This document shows, one piece after another, positions 19,166-28,927 of a stretch of 64,000 nucleotides of DNA. How positions within the stretch are numbered: the first letter of the stretch is position 1; each line of letters opens with the position of its first letter. A program made the position numbers and the translations under genes. Source of the stretch: an uncultured Acidobacteriota bacterium (GTDB lineage: Bacteria; Acidobacteriota; JAQAZP01); assembly GCA_963836075.1 (NCBI GenBank), contig CAWIIB010000009.1, positions 1,600,001 to 1,664,000 of the forward strand, in the 5' to 3' direction. The notes under the pieces are model-generated. The model made no database searches, was not told the DNA's origin, and was given only the letters and a program-made list of their open reading frames with translations.

Positions 19166-20023
19166 ATGTGGCTTGGGACCCAGGCATTTATCTGGCGACG
19201 GCGGATCACCGGCTTTCTGCGCAGAAAGGTCACCAGACTGTGGCATCCGGTGCTGATTCAGAGCGCTGAAGGCCCGGTCCCGGCCGGCGGATCAAAGATC
19301 ATCTGGTCCACCCTGGTGGTGGCCGGCCGGACTGACGAGCTGGAGATCGTCCGCGGCAACCTGGAGCGGCTCCGTCCGGTGCTCGCCTGGGCCAGTCTCA
19401 CCGTGGACGGCTGTTCCGCCGACCTGGCCCGGTTCGTGGAGGAAAAGCACAGCGCGGGTTTCCAGAACGTGCTGTGGTACAGCTGGCCCGAAGTGGTGAG
19501 CCACCGCGGCCACGGGGAGGGTTTGGGCCACTTCAACCGGATCAGCCTCAACTACCTGCGGGGCTGGTTGAGCAACCTCGAGCCGGGGGCCGAGTGTTCG
19601 GCCGATCTCTTTTGCCACAGCGACGGCGACTGGGAGGTCACCATCCGCCCGGAGAGCCTTGAGCCGCTGGCCCGCTTCTTTCACCGCTACCCCCAGGTGG
19701 TGGCGATCACCCGCAATATCGACCGTTTCCTGGCCGACGAGCCCGGGATGTGGTGCGACGAGGAGTCGGACGGGAAAATCTGGTTCGGCCGCGGAATGCT
19801 TTCCACCAACCTGATCATTTCGCCCATCGACCGGTTCCGGCCGCTGGTGCACAAGACCTGGGACGTCTTTTCCCGGACGAGGGGCGATTTCCTCGAAGAG
19901 ACCATGCGCGGGCTGGTGGCGGAGAGCGGCATGGTGGTGGCCTATCCGACGATGGACTATTTCCGGGACCACTTTTTTATCGACCTGGTGGAAAAACGGA
20001 AACCCTTTGAGCCACCCACCTGA
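19166..20023 (+). CDS. Hypothetical protein, possibly a divergent GT-A fold enzyme
   Basis: Position in a glycosylation operon; HSDGD DxD-like motif. Confidence 0.6.
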   Translation: MWLGTQAFIWRRRITGFLRRKVTRLWHPVLIQSAEGPVPAGGSKIIWSTLVVAGRTDELEIVRGNLERLRPVLAWASLTVDGCSADLARFVEEKHSAGFQNVLWYSWPEVVSHRGHGEGLGHFNRISLNYLRGWLSNLEPGAECSADLFCHSDGDWEVTIRPESLEPLARFFHRYPQVVAITRNIDRFLADEPGMWCDEESDGKIWFGRGMLSTNLIISPIDRFRPLVHKTWDVFSRTRGDFLEETMRGLVAESGMVVAYPTMDYFRDHFFIDLVEKRKPFEPPT

Positions 20024-20050
20024 GCCGGACCAGTTTTCGGCCGCTTCCAG

Positions 20051-21514
20051 GTGAGCATGAGCGCCTCTCCATCCCAGCCAACAGCGAAAAGCGACCCGAT
20101 GCAGGGGCTGTGGTCCCGTCTGGCGGGAAATGCCTGGTGGCTGTTCACCGGGGCGGCGGGCCGGTCCGTGCTCGGGTTTGCCGTTGCGGTCTACCTGGCA
20201 CGGGTCCTCGGCCCCGACAGCTTCGGCCAGGTGGGCTATGCCCTGGCGGTTCTGGCCTACTTCATCCTGCTCACCGACGGCGGACTGCAGACCCTGGGAA
20301 CCCGGGAAGTGGCCGCGGAGCGGGGATCTGTGGCCGAACTGGCCGGGCGGGTACTGATCATTCGCGGCGCCCTCACCGCGCTGTCCCTGCTGGTGATCGT
20401 CTCCTGTGCGTCTCTGTTCACCCGCTCGGCGGCAACCGACCCCCTCCTGTTGATCATCTTCGGTCTCGCCCTGGTGCCCATGGCGGCCAACCTTGCCTGG
20501 GTCTTCCGGGGCAAGGAGCGGATGAAGATGGTGGGATTCTCAGAGCTGCTGCAGGTCGGCTCCTATCTGCTGCTGTTGCTGCTGCTGGTGCGTGGGCCGG
20601 AGCAACTGATCCTCGTCCCGGTGGTTTTTGTCGCCGGGTATGGCCTGTCCGCCCTGCTGCTCTGGGTCGGCCACCTGCGGAACTGGGGCCGGCCGCGGTT
20701 TGCCGGTTCAGTCACCGGGCACGTTTCCATGCTCCGCACTGCATTCCCCCTGGTGCTGACCCTCTTCCTGCACCAGATCTACTTCAATTTCGACACCCTG
20801 ATGCTCGGCAACATGCGCAGTGTGAAGGAAGTGGGGTTGTACAACGCCACCTACCGCATCATCTTCGCCGTTATTTCGGTGAACACGGTGCTGATGGAAG
20901 CGATATACCCCACCTTTTCCAGGCTTTTTCGCGAAAGCACGACGGCCCTCAAGCAGCTGCTGGAGAAGTCGCTCTCCATTTCTTTCATCCTCGCCCTCCC
21001 CATAGGGATCGGCGGGACGGTGCTGGCCCGGCCGCTGATCCTTGCCCTTTACGGCCCGGACTACGAGGGGAGCATTCTGGCCCTGCAGTTGCTGGTCTGG
21101 AGCGCGGTGCTGGCCTTTCTCGGCGCCAACTACGGGTACTGCCTGGTGGCCTGTGGCCGGCAAAAGGTTCTGGCCTGGTCGGCCGGCATCGGGGCCACGG
21201 TCAACGTGCTGCTCAACCTCTGGCTGATCCCCCGCCACGGCATCCCCGGCGCCTGTCTGGCCACGGTGATCTCCCAGGCGCTGATGCTCTGTTGCGAGAG
21301 TTCGGCCTTTTTCTGGAAGGTGACCCGGGCCCTGCCCCTGCCCGGTTTGGTGGTCAAGGCGGTGTTGTCCGGCCTGGCCATGGGCCTGGTGCTCCTCCTG
21401 CTCAGGGAACGGTCGCCGGTCTGGCTGGTCGTGGCGGCCGGGGCTGCTGTATATGCGGGCTTCTTCTGGATGCTGGCCCGGCGGGAGATCCGGGACCTCT
21501 TCGACCTCGGTTGA
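20051..21514 (+). CDS. Oligosaccharide flippase (Wzx/MOP family)
   Basis: YLARVLGPDSFG, DxG, DTLMLG, VGLY, LIPRHGIPGA; about 12-14 TM helices. Confidence 0.92.
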   Translation: MSMSASPSQPTAKSDPMQGLWSRLAGNAWWLFTGAAGRSVLGFAVAVYLARVLGPDSFGQVGYALAVLAYFILLTDGGLQTLGTREVAAERGSVAELAGRVLIIRGALTALSLLVIVSCASLFTRSAATDPLLLIIFGLALVPMAANLAWVFRGKERMKMVGFSELLQVGSYLLLLLLLVRGPEQLILVPVVFVAGYGLSALLLWVGHLRNWGRPRFAGSVTGHVSMLRTAFPLVLTLFLHQIYFNFDTLMLGNMRSVKEVGLYNATYRIIFAVISVNTVLMEAIYPTFSRLFRESTTALKQLLEKSLSISFILALPIGIGGTVLARPLILALYGPDYEGSILALQLLVWSAVLAFLGANYGYCLVACGRQKVLAWSAGIGATVNVLLNLWLIPRHGIPGACLATVISQALMLCCESSAFFWKVTRALPLPGLVVKAVLSGLAMGLVLLLLRERSPVWLVVAAGAAVYAGFFWMLARREIRDLFDLG

Positions 21515-21615
21515 CCGGCCTTACTATTCAGCCCGGCTTGAACTACAATACCCGGCGCCGGCGGGTAAGTGGCGTCTCTGCGCGGCCCGGGCCGGTGTCG
21601 GAGGGTGATCGGGTG

Positions 21616-22416
21616 ATGGACGGCGGGACGAGAGATCTGGACCTCAGCGTGGTGGTTCCCTGCTACAACGAGGAAGGCAACCTGCGCGAGCTGGTGGGCC
21701 GGACTGTGCGGGCCGCCACGGACGAGGGGGTCGGCGCCTTCGAGATCCTGCTGGTGGATGACGGCAGCACCGATGGCACCGGGCCGCTGATCGGCGAACT
21801 GGCCGCCGAGTTTCCGCAGGTGGTGCCGGTGGGCCACCAGGAGAACCGCGGCATCGTGGCCGGCTGGCGCAGCGGCTTCGAGCGGTCAAAGGGCCGTGTG
21901 GTGCTCACCACCGACGCTGACCTGCAGTATGCCCCGGAAGACATTCCCCTGCTTTTCCGCGAGTGCGACAGCGGCCCCTGGGACCTGGTGCAGGGCTGGC
22001 GCAAGAACTACCGCGAGAAAAGCCTGCTGCGCAAGCTTCTCAGCACCGGTTTCAGCGGGATTCTCCGCTTGCTCTTCTTCCTGCCGCTCCACGACGTGAA
22101 GTCGGGTTTCATTGCCTACCGCCGGGACGTGCTGGAGGATATCCTCGATTACCGGTTCCACTACTTCTCCTTCCAGAGCCTGCCCACCGTGGCCGGTTAC
22201 TTCAAGGGCTACCGGATCAAGCAGGTGCCGATCACCTTTCACCAGCGGTTCGCCGGGGCGTCTTCCATCGAGAGGCCGATCATCTTCTCCATCCGCACCG
22301 CCCTCGACCTGCCCAAGGCCCTGGTGGAATACCGTTTTCTCAAGCCGCGGCGGAAGACCCGGCCCCGGTCCGATTCCGGGAAATCGGCCGGCGGCATTCT
22401 CCGGGCCGTGCACTGA
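21616..22416 (+). CDS. GT2 polyprenol-phosphate glycosyltransferase (DPM1/ArnC-like)
   Basis: SVVVPCYNEE, VDDGSTDGT, DADLQY, DVKSGF. Confidence 0.9.
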   Translation: MDGGTRDLDLSVVVPCYNEEGNLRELVGRTVRAATDEGVGAFEILLVDDGSTDGTGPLIGELAAEFPQVVPVGHQENRGIVAGWRSGFERSKGRVVLTTDADLQYAPEDIPLLFRECDSGPWDLVQGWRKNYREKSLLRKLLSTGFSGILRLLFFLPLHDVKSGFIAYRRDVLEDILDYRFHYFSFQSLPTVAGYFKGYRIKQVPITFHQRFAGASSIERPIIFSIRTALDLPKALVEYRFLKPRRKTRPRSDSGKSAGGILRAVH

Positions 22417-22489
22417 ATGACAACTGATCCGCCGTCTCACCGGGCTGACGACACCGAGAGGGATGAGGAACAGGAGGGGGATCGATTTG

Positions 22490-24592
22490 ATGACAGCAGA
22501 CCAGAGCCAGAGCGCGGCGGGGCCGTGGGCGTTGAGGGTCCGGCGAATCAGCACCGTGCTCCTGATTCTCGCCGGGTTGTACTTCCTCCGGTCCCTGCTG
22601 GCCGGCACCGGTGTCCTTGTCATCGGCGGCTACGAGCTGGGTCCGGAAAGCACCGCTGACACGCTCTGGATCTTTCTCTTCCTGCTGGTCGTCCGGCTGT
22701 CCATCGGCCACCGTGAGCTGGCCGGCTTCTTCCGCCGGCTGGGGCTCCGCCGGGTGATCATCGTCCTGAATATACTCTTCGGCCTGGGGCTGGCCAACTA
22801 CGTGGCGGTGGCGCTGTTTCACGGCCACACCTTTTCGGTCTTCGGGGTGGACCTGGGGGTGCAGAAGATCTCCACCGCCTTCTGGATCGTCCTCGCTCTC
22901 GCTCTTTTGCGGCTGGTCGTTGGATACCGGCAACTGGGCCGGCTGGTCCGCTCGCCGGTTTTCTGGCTGCTGGTCCTGATCCTGCTGGTGGCCGCGGTGG
23001 CCCGGATCCACGAGATCGATTTCGGCCTGCCGCTCAACGACCACCCCGACGAATCGGTGATCATCGCCAAGCCGCTGCGAATGATGGCCACCGACCTGCA
23101 CCCCCACTACTTCGTCTACCCCTCGGTCTACTTCTATTCGCTGATCGTGACCTTCGAGACCGCCTTCCAGTGGCCGGCGGCGGTGGACTGGTTCCTGCCG
23201 GCTGACGTGGACGACGCCGCGGAGAAGACCCGTCTCTACATTCTGGGCCGGCTGACCACCGCTTTCTACGGCATCTTCACCGTGCTGCTGCTCTACCCGG
23301 TGGGCCGCCGGCTCTACGGCAGGGCCCGCACCGGACTGCTGGCCGCGCTGTTCCTGGCCCTCAACGTCCAGCACATTCACAACTCGATGTATATCACCAC
23401 CGACGTACCGGTGGCCTTCTACACCCTGCTCTGTTTCTACTTCGCGGTGAAAGCCTTTGACCGCGGGCGCTTCTCTTACTGGGACCTGCTTGCCGGCCTG
23501 GCTGCCGGGCTCACCGCCTCCACCAAGTACAACGGGGCCTCGATCCTCGTTGCCCCGGCGCTGGTGGTCTTCTTTTTCTTTGTCAACGAACTGCGGGTTC
23601 CGGCGGCTGAACGGAAGATCTGGCCGGCCCTCTGGCGGCTCAGCTGGCGCTGGATCCTGCTCTGGGTGGTCTTCTTTGTCGGGTTCGCCGTGGGTACGCC
23701 CTTTGCCGTGATCGACTGGCAGGGCTTCTCCACCGACTTCGTCTGGAACCTCGACCACTACTCCGAGGGGCACGCCGGCGCCATGGGCAGCGGCAACTGG
23801 TGGTTCTACATCTCCTATCTCGCCCGCCAGGGCATGGGCTTCGGCCAGTTCGGCCTGGCCCTGCTGGGGATCGGGGCGCTGCTCTGGGGCCGCCGCCAGA
23901 AGGACGTGCTCTACCTCGTCTTTCTCGTGCTCTACTTCTACGAGATCTCGGCTTTCACCGTCCGCTTCACCCGCAACCTGCTGCCCATCGTCCCGTTGCT
24001 GGCGCTGTACGCCGCGGTGGGCCTGGAACTGATCATTGGCTGGGTCGGCGGGCGGGAAGAGGTGCGGTCCGGCCGCCGCCGGCTGGCCGCGGCCGTGGGA
24101 CTGCTGCTGCTGGCCGCGGTGATGTACTACCCGGTGCATGACCGGGTGTGGGAGGAGATCAAGGGGCGCCGGCCGTACTCCGGCCAGCTGATCGCCCAGT
24201 GGGTTCCGGCCAATATCCCCGACGGCGCCACGGTGGCCGCCGAACTCTACACGCCGAGGATCGAGTGGGGGGACCGGCTGCTGGTCTACCAGCGGTTCCT
24301 GCACCGCAAGCCGATCGAGTGGTATCTGGACCACGGGGTCAAATACTTCATCTTCAACAGCTACTCCTACCAGCGGTTCTACGACTATCCCAAGGAGTAT
24401 GGTGACGAGATCGCCGGCTACGAGGCCCTGTTCAACAACCCGGAGATGGTCCCGCTGGTGACGATCAACGAGAAGGACGACCACCGCGGACCGATCTACA
24501 GGGTCTACCGCTACGGCGATGAATGGGTGCCCCCCGCGGAACCGGAGGTCGAACTGGAGACAACGGCGTCTGCCGGGGGGGCCGGCATCTGA
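22490..24592 (+). CDS. GT-C glycosyltransferase (GT39/ArnT-like, PMT_2)
   Basis: HPDE loop, GRL, STKYNG, RNLLP motifs; many TM helices; AGGAGG RBS. Confidence 0.85.
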   Translation: MTADQSQSAAGPWALRVRRISTVLLILAGLYFLRSLLAGTGVLVIGGYELGPESTADTLWIFLFLLVVRLSIGHRELAGFFRRLGLRRVIIVLNILFGLGLANYVAVALFHGHTFSVFGVDLGVQKISTAFWIVLALALLRLVVGYRQLGRLVRSPVFWLLVLILLVAAVARIHEIDFGLPLNDHPDESVIIAKPLRMMATDLHPHYFVYPSVYFYSLIVTFETAFQWPAAVDWFLPADVDDAAEKTRLYILGRLTTAFYGIFTVLLLYPVGRRLYGRARTGLLAALFLALNVQHIHNSMYITTDVPVAFYTLLCFYFAVKAFDRGRFSYWDLLAGLAAGLTASTKYNGASILVAPALVVFFFFVNELRVPAAERKIWPALWRLSWRWILLWVVFFVGFAVGTPFAVIDWQGFSTDFVWNLDHYSEGHAGAMGSGNWWFYISYLARQGMGFGQFGLALLGIGALLWGRRQKDVLYLVFLVLYFYEISAFTVRFTRNLLPIVPLLALYAAVGLELIIGWVGGREEVRSGRRRLAAAVGLLLLAAVMYYPVHDRVWEEIKGRRPYSGQLIAQWVPANIPDGATVAAELYTPRIEWGDRLLVYQRFLHRKPIEWYLDHGVKYFIFNSYSYQRFYDYPKEYGDEIAGYEALFNNPEMVPLVTINEKDDHRGPIYRVYRYGDEWVPPAEPEVELETTASAGGAGI

Positions 24593-24685
24593 CCCTTTCC
24601 ACAGAAAACCTGCGGCCTCCGCCCAATCGATGATATTCCCTGGTTCGGCATCTTCTCGGTACGGTCCGGGTAGATGGGTAACAGT

Positions 24686-25192
24686 TTATCTGGACCTATG
24701 TGCTTCCAGCTCTATTTCGATCATAAACTCGGGAAGAGCGAGCCCTTTGACCTCAAGCCACGATCCGGTCGGAAACTGTTTCGTGTAGATCGAATTTCGA
24801 TACCCCGCAACCTCGAGAAAATTCGCCATATCGGTCGTAAAAACATTCTCAACGATCACATCATCAAAGGTAAAGCCAAAGTGTTTCAGGACCTTGTCCA
24901 GATCCGAGTAAGCGTTCTTCATCTGCTGTTCCAGATCGCCGGTGGCTGTGGGGTTGCCCTCATCATCCATACTCACGGCGCCCGAGATATTCAGGTCATC
25001 GCCAATCCTCACTGCATGCGTGTACCCGTAAGCCTTTTCGACCTCCGGTCGCAATAGAAAATACTCTGGCACTTCCGCCACGTTTGGCACTTCTTGCGCA
25101 ACAATATCCGTCTCACCTGGCCCAGATGGGGCACAACCGGCCAGGAATGCCACAAATAGTGTTGCAAGGGCTAGCAGAGAATTCGTTTTCAT
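24686..25192 (-). CDS. RidA/YjgF-family protein with a lipoprotein signal
   Basis: YTHAVRIG, ISG, IEIE motifs; LAGC lipobox; lower GC than flanks. Confidence 0.85.
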   Translation of the reverse strand: MKTNSLLALATLFVAFLAGCAPSGPGETDIVAQEVPNVAEVPEYFLLRPEVEKAYGYTHAVRIGDDLNISGAVSMDDEGNPTATGDLEQQMKNAYSDLDKVLKHFGFTFDDVIVENVFTTDMANFLEVAGYRNSIYTKQFPTGSWLEVKGLALPEFMIEIELEAHRSR

Positions 25193-25373
25193 GGTTGATC
25201 TCCTCGAAAGTTTCCAGCTGTCGCCAAACGTCACCCATCACCGTCGGGCAGCTGGCACGGCCGTTGCCAACAGGAAAACGGCCGGCAGTTCAGCAAGGGC
25301 CGTGACACCTGGCTGACCGGTGAATGGGATGGTTAGATTGCTTTACGGAGTCTCCATGCTTTACGGAATCTCC

Positions 25374-25526
25374 TTAAATCTTCGCTCCCAAAATATCGAT
25401 GTCCGATGCAAGGGAGATAGCCGTGTCGCCGATCTTGCCCACGATGGCCGCGGTGTTGTCATGGGTCAGCAGGTGTTCCAGCCCGGCATTGCGGGCCAGG
25501 GCCTTTTCCGCGAATGTCATTCCCAT
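25374..25526 (-). pseudogene. Remnant of a second LeuC/HacA-type hydro-lyase large subunit
   Basis: Manual translation MGMTFAEKALARNAGLEHLLTHDNTAAIVGKI... matches a large-subunit N-terminus, then stops after 50 codons. Confidence 0.7.
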
Positions 25527-25543
25527 CTACAGGTATCCGGCTG

Positions 25544-27341
25544 CTACCTGAGCAGGCCACCTTTCTTGTAGATCGCCATCTGCACGTCGGAGAAGGCGCC
25601 CTGCACCTCCTGGCCACCGGGCAGGGTGATGGTCCCGCTCTCCAGGTCCACCTCGATCCGGTCACCGGTCTTCAGGCCTTCGGCGATCAGTTTTGCGGTG
25701 ACGATGGGGAAGCCCTTGTTGATCGCGTTCCGCTCGTAGATCGCGCCGAACGATTCGGCGATGACGCAGGAGACGCCGAGGCTCTCGAAGCAGTCCACCG
25801 CCTGCTGGCGGGAGGAGCCGGCGCCGAAGTTCTTCGGCACCACCACCATGTCGCCGGGCTGCGCCTTTTTGGCGAAGTCTTCGTACCCTTCGAGGTTGTC
25901 GAAGGTGTACTGGCCCATCTCCGCCACGTCGGTGATCGCCAGGTAGCGGTTGTGGTAGATCATGTCGGTGTCGATGTTGTCCCGGTCGATGACCCAGGCC
26001 CGGCCGGTGAACCGCGTAGGGTGCTGCTTGTCCTCGTGATGATGGGCTTCAGCTCGTGGTGCGCTGTATTCGCGGCGGGGCGCCGTCAGCGGTACGTCGG
26101 GTATATGGTCCGGCAGGGCGATGGCCCCGGCCACCGCCGAGGCGGCCACCACTGCCGGCGAGGCGAGGAAGACCTCGCCCCGGCCCTGCTTGCCGGCGAA
26201 GTTGCGGTTGCCGGTGCTGATGGTCACCTCGCCGGGGCCGTTCTGGCCGATCTGGCCGGCGGCGCAGCCGCCGCAGCCGGCGTTGCCCACCAGGGCGCCC
26301 GGCCTCCTTGAAAATCTCCAGCATCCCCTCCTTGAGGCAGAGCTGCCAGACGGCGTCGGTGGCCGGGACGATCTTCAGCACCACGTCCGGGGCCACCTTG
26401 CGGCCCTTGAGGATCTCCGCCGCGGCCTTGAGGTCTTCGTAGCGGCCGTTGGTGCAGGAGCCGATGAAGGCCGAGTCGATCCTCGTGCCGGCCACCGCCC
26501 TGACTTCGGTCACGTCCTCGGGGTGGCCGGGACGGGAGACCAGCGGCTCCAGGCCGTCGATGTCGATCTCGATGACCTTCTCGTACTCGGCGTCGGGGTC
26601 GGCATAGACCGGCTGCACCTCATGGCCGGAGGCTTTGGCGCAGAACTCCAGCACCTCGTCATTGGGCGGGAAGAAGGCGATGATGCCGGCCATCTCGGTG
26701 GCCATGGAGGCCATGGTTACCCGGCCGGCCAGGCCCAGGCGGTCCGCCGCTTCTCCGTAGAACTCGGCGGCGTAGCCCAGCAGGGTGTTGGCCCCCAGCT
26801 CGCGCAGGACGGCCAGCACCATGTCCTTGGGCGTGGCCCAGGGCGAGGGCGTGCCGTTGAGCACCACCTTCACCGAGGGCGGCACCTTGAACCAGACCTT
26901 GCCGTGGGCCCAGGCGTGGGCGATGTCCACGTCCCCCATCCCCTGGCCAAAGGCGCCGATGGCACCCATGATGTTGGCGTGGGAGTCGGTGGAGACAAAG
27001 GTGGAACCGGGAACCGCCAGCCCCTCGTCGATGGCCACGTGGGTGCCGATGCCCTGGTTGATGTCGAATACCTTGACCCCGTGGTCCCGGGCGAACATCC
27101 GGCAGATCTGCTGGTTGGTGGCGTACTTCTGGTCCGAGCCGCCGGGGTTGCAGTCGAAGGTGAAGAAGGTCTTATCCGGGTCGTCGATCCCGAGGCCGTT
27201 CTCCTCGAGGTTCTTCACCACGTTGGCCCCGCCGAAATCGCGGGCCACCCGGGCGTCGATGTAGATGTCGACGATCTCCCCGGGCCGCACCGCACGGTCG
27301 GCATGGTTGGCCAGGATCTTCTCGATGATTGGCTTGCCCAT
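25544..27341 (-). CDS. Fused large+small subunit homoaconitase/isopropylmalate isomerase; +1 frameshift at 26298-26300
   Basis: TDSH, GSCTNGR, GCGGC, STGNRNF, LASP, then NIDTD, NFGAGSSR, IYERNAIN in one reconstructed frame. Confidence 0.85.
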
Positions 27342-27354
27342 TCTCAGTCCTCGA

Positions 27355-28540
27355 TCAAAGCCGTGCGATCATGGCGTCGGTGAGCTGGTCGGTGGTGGCC
27401 GCGCCCTTGTCGAAGACGTCGGGGCCGCCGCGGAGCATCAGCATGTCGTAGGTCAGCGACTTCCCGTCCAGCACCACTTCGCCGATGGCGGTGCGGATCC
27501 GCTCGGCCTTTTCGGTCTCGCCGAGGTGGTCGAGCATCATGCAGGCGCTCATGAACATGGCGATGGGGTTGACGATGGGCGGGTCGAGCTTCTCGTACTT
27601 CGGCGCCGAGCCGTGGGTCGGCTCGAAAACCGCCACGTCCTCGCCGATGTTGGCGCTGCAGGCGAACCCGAGGCCGCCCACCAGGCCGGCAAAGCCGTCG
27701 GAGACGATGTCGCCGAACATGTTGCCGGCCACGATCACGCCGTAGTTCTCGGGGTTCTTGGTCAGCCACATCATCTGGGCGTCGATGTTGGTGTTCCACA
27801 GTTCGATCCCCGGGAAGTCCTTCTGGATCCGCAGACCGATCTCCAGCATCATCCCCGAGGTCTCGCGGATCACGTTGGGCTTCTCGCAGATGGTCACCGA
27901 TTTGTAGCCGAACTTTTTGGCGTAGTTGAAGGCCTCACCCACGATCCGCTCGCAGGCCTGGCGGGTGAAGATCCGGGTGGAAACGGCCAGGTCCTCGCGG
28001 GGGGCGTCGGCGAACTTTTTGAACTTGGGGTGGCTGTTCAGGGCATCCCAGACCTGCTGGGGCGGGTTGGTCCACTCCACACCGCCGTAGAGTCCCTCGG
28101 TGTTCTGGCGGAAGATCACCACGTCCACCTCGGGTTCCTCGACCGTGCCGCCGGGGCCGCGGCGGATGAAGTTCAGCGGGTTGCCCTTGAACGAGCGGCA
28201 GGGCCGGACGCAGATGTCGAGGTTGAACAGCTGGCGCATGCCGACGATGGGGCTGAAGTAGGTGTGGCCCTTGTCGCGCAGCTCGGGGGCCAGTTCCTCG
28301 GCCGCTTCGCCCTTGGGCTTGGAAGTGATGGCGCCGAACAGGCCAACCTTGTGCTCGCGCGAGCAGGTCGATGGTGCGGTCGGGAAGAGGGTTCCCCTCG
28401 GTGCACCAGAATTCCCAGCCGATGTCGGCGTGCACGTAGTCAGCTTCGAAACCGACCTTGTCAAGGACACGAATGGCGGCGGGCAGCACGACCTTGCCGA
28501 TGCCGTCGCCGGGCATGGAGACGATGGTTCTCTTGGACAA
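27355..28540 (-). CDS. Isocitrate/isopropylmalate-family dehydrogenase, homoisocitrate dehydrogenase-like; +1 frameshift near 28355-28362
   Basis: PGDGIG, LFGAITS, SPIVGMR, RQNTEGLY, NMFGDIVSD, EPTHGSAP; TTG start with GGAGG RBS. Confidence 0.85.
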
Positions 28541-28709
28541 CGTGAAACCTCCAGGTCTGTCCGGGGCGTTCCGTGAGGAAGTGTCGCCCGGGCAGCCAAA
28601 AATGGATGATCCTAAACATTTAAGTGATGAGGTCCCGCCGGGGCCGCATCACCATTTTTCCCTTCCCGCGTACGTGCCGAGGGGGCCGGCTCCAAACAGC
28701 TGACCGCCC

Positions 28710-28927
28710 CCCGACAGACCCAGCGAAAACGGCAAGACAATAGCACGAAGAGAGGTGAATATCCACCTCAAAAGTGTTGACAGACACCTATTTTTACACC
28801 TGTCGTGCCGGGCAAAATTCCTCGTGAAAATGCGCGACAGTCGCCAGTTTTCCAACGGGTGGCTGTCACCGGATATTTGAGTGGTAAAAAGGGCCTGGTT
28901 ATTGGCCGGAAACAGGTGGCTGTCACC
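28710..28927. repeat. Cluster of GACAG-core 13-bp REP-like palindromes
   Basis: GGTGGCTGTCACC at 28858 and 28915; opposite-orientation variants at 28776 and 28833; degenerate copies at 28710 and 28795. Confidence 0.6.

Noticed and set aside
20110-21615. 768-aa ORF suggesting a long N-terminal extension on the GT2
   Set aside because: The upstream part overlaps the flippase out of frame; GT2 homology starts at about 21616
25320-25571. 83-aa plus-strand ORF
   Set aside because: Antisense to the leuC remnant and has no recognisable features
28545-28920. Lysine riboswitch or attenuator upstream of the dehydrogenase
   Set aside because: No recognisable L-box or leader peptide by eye; region is better explained by short repeats. 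An Rfam/Infernal scan would settle it
28710-28927. CRISPR array
   Set aside because: Repeats are only 13 bp, of mixed orientation and degenerate; no cas genes
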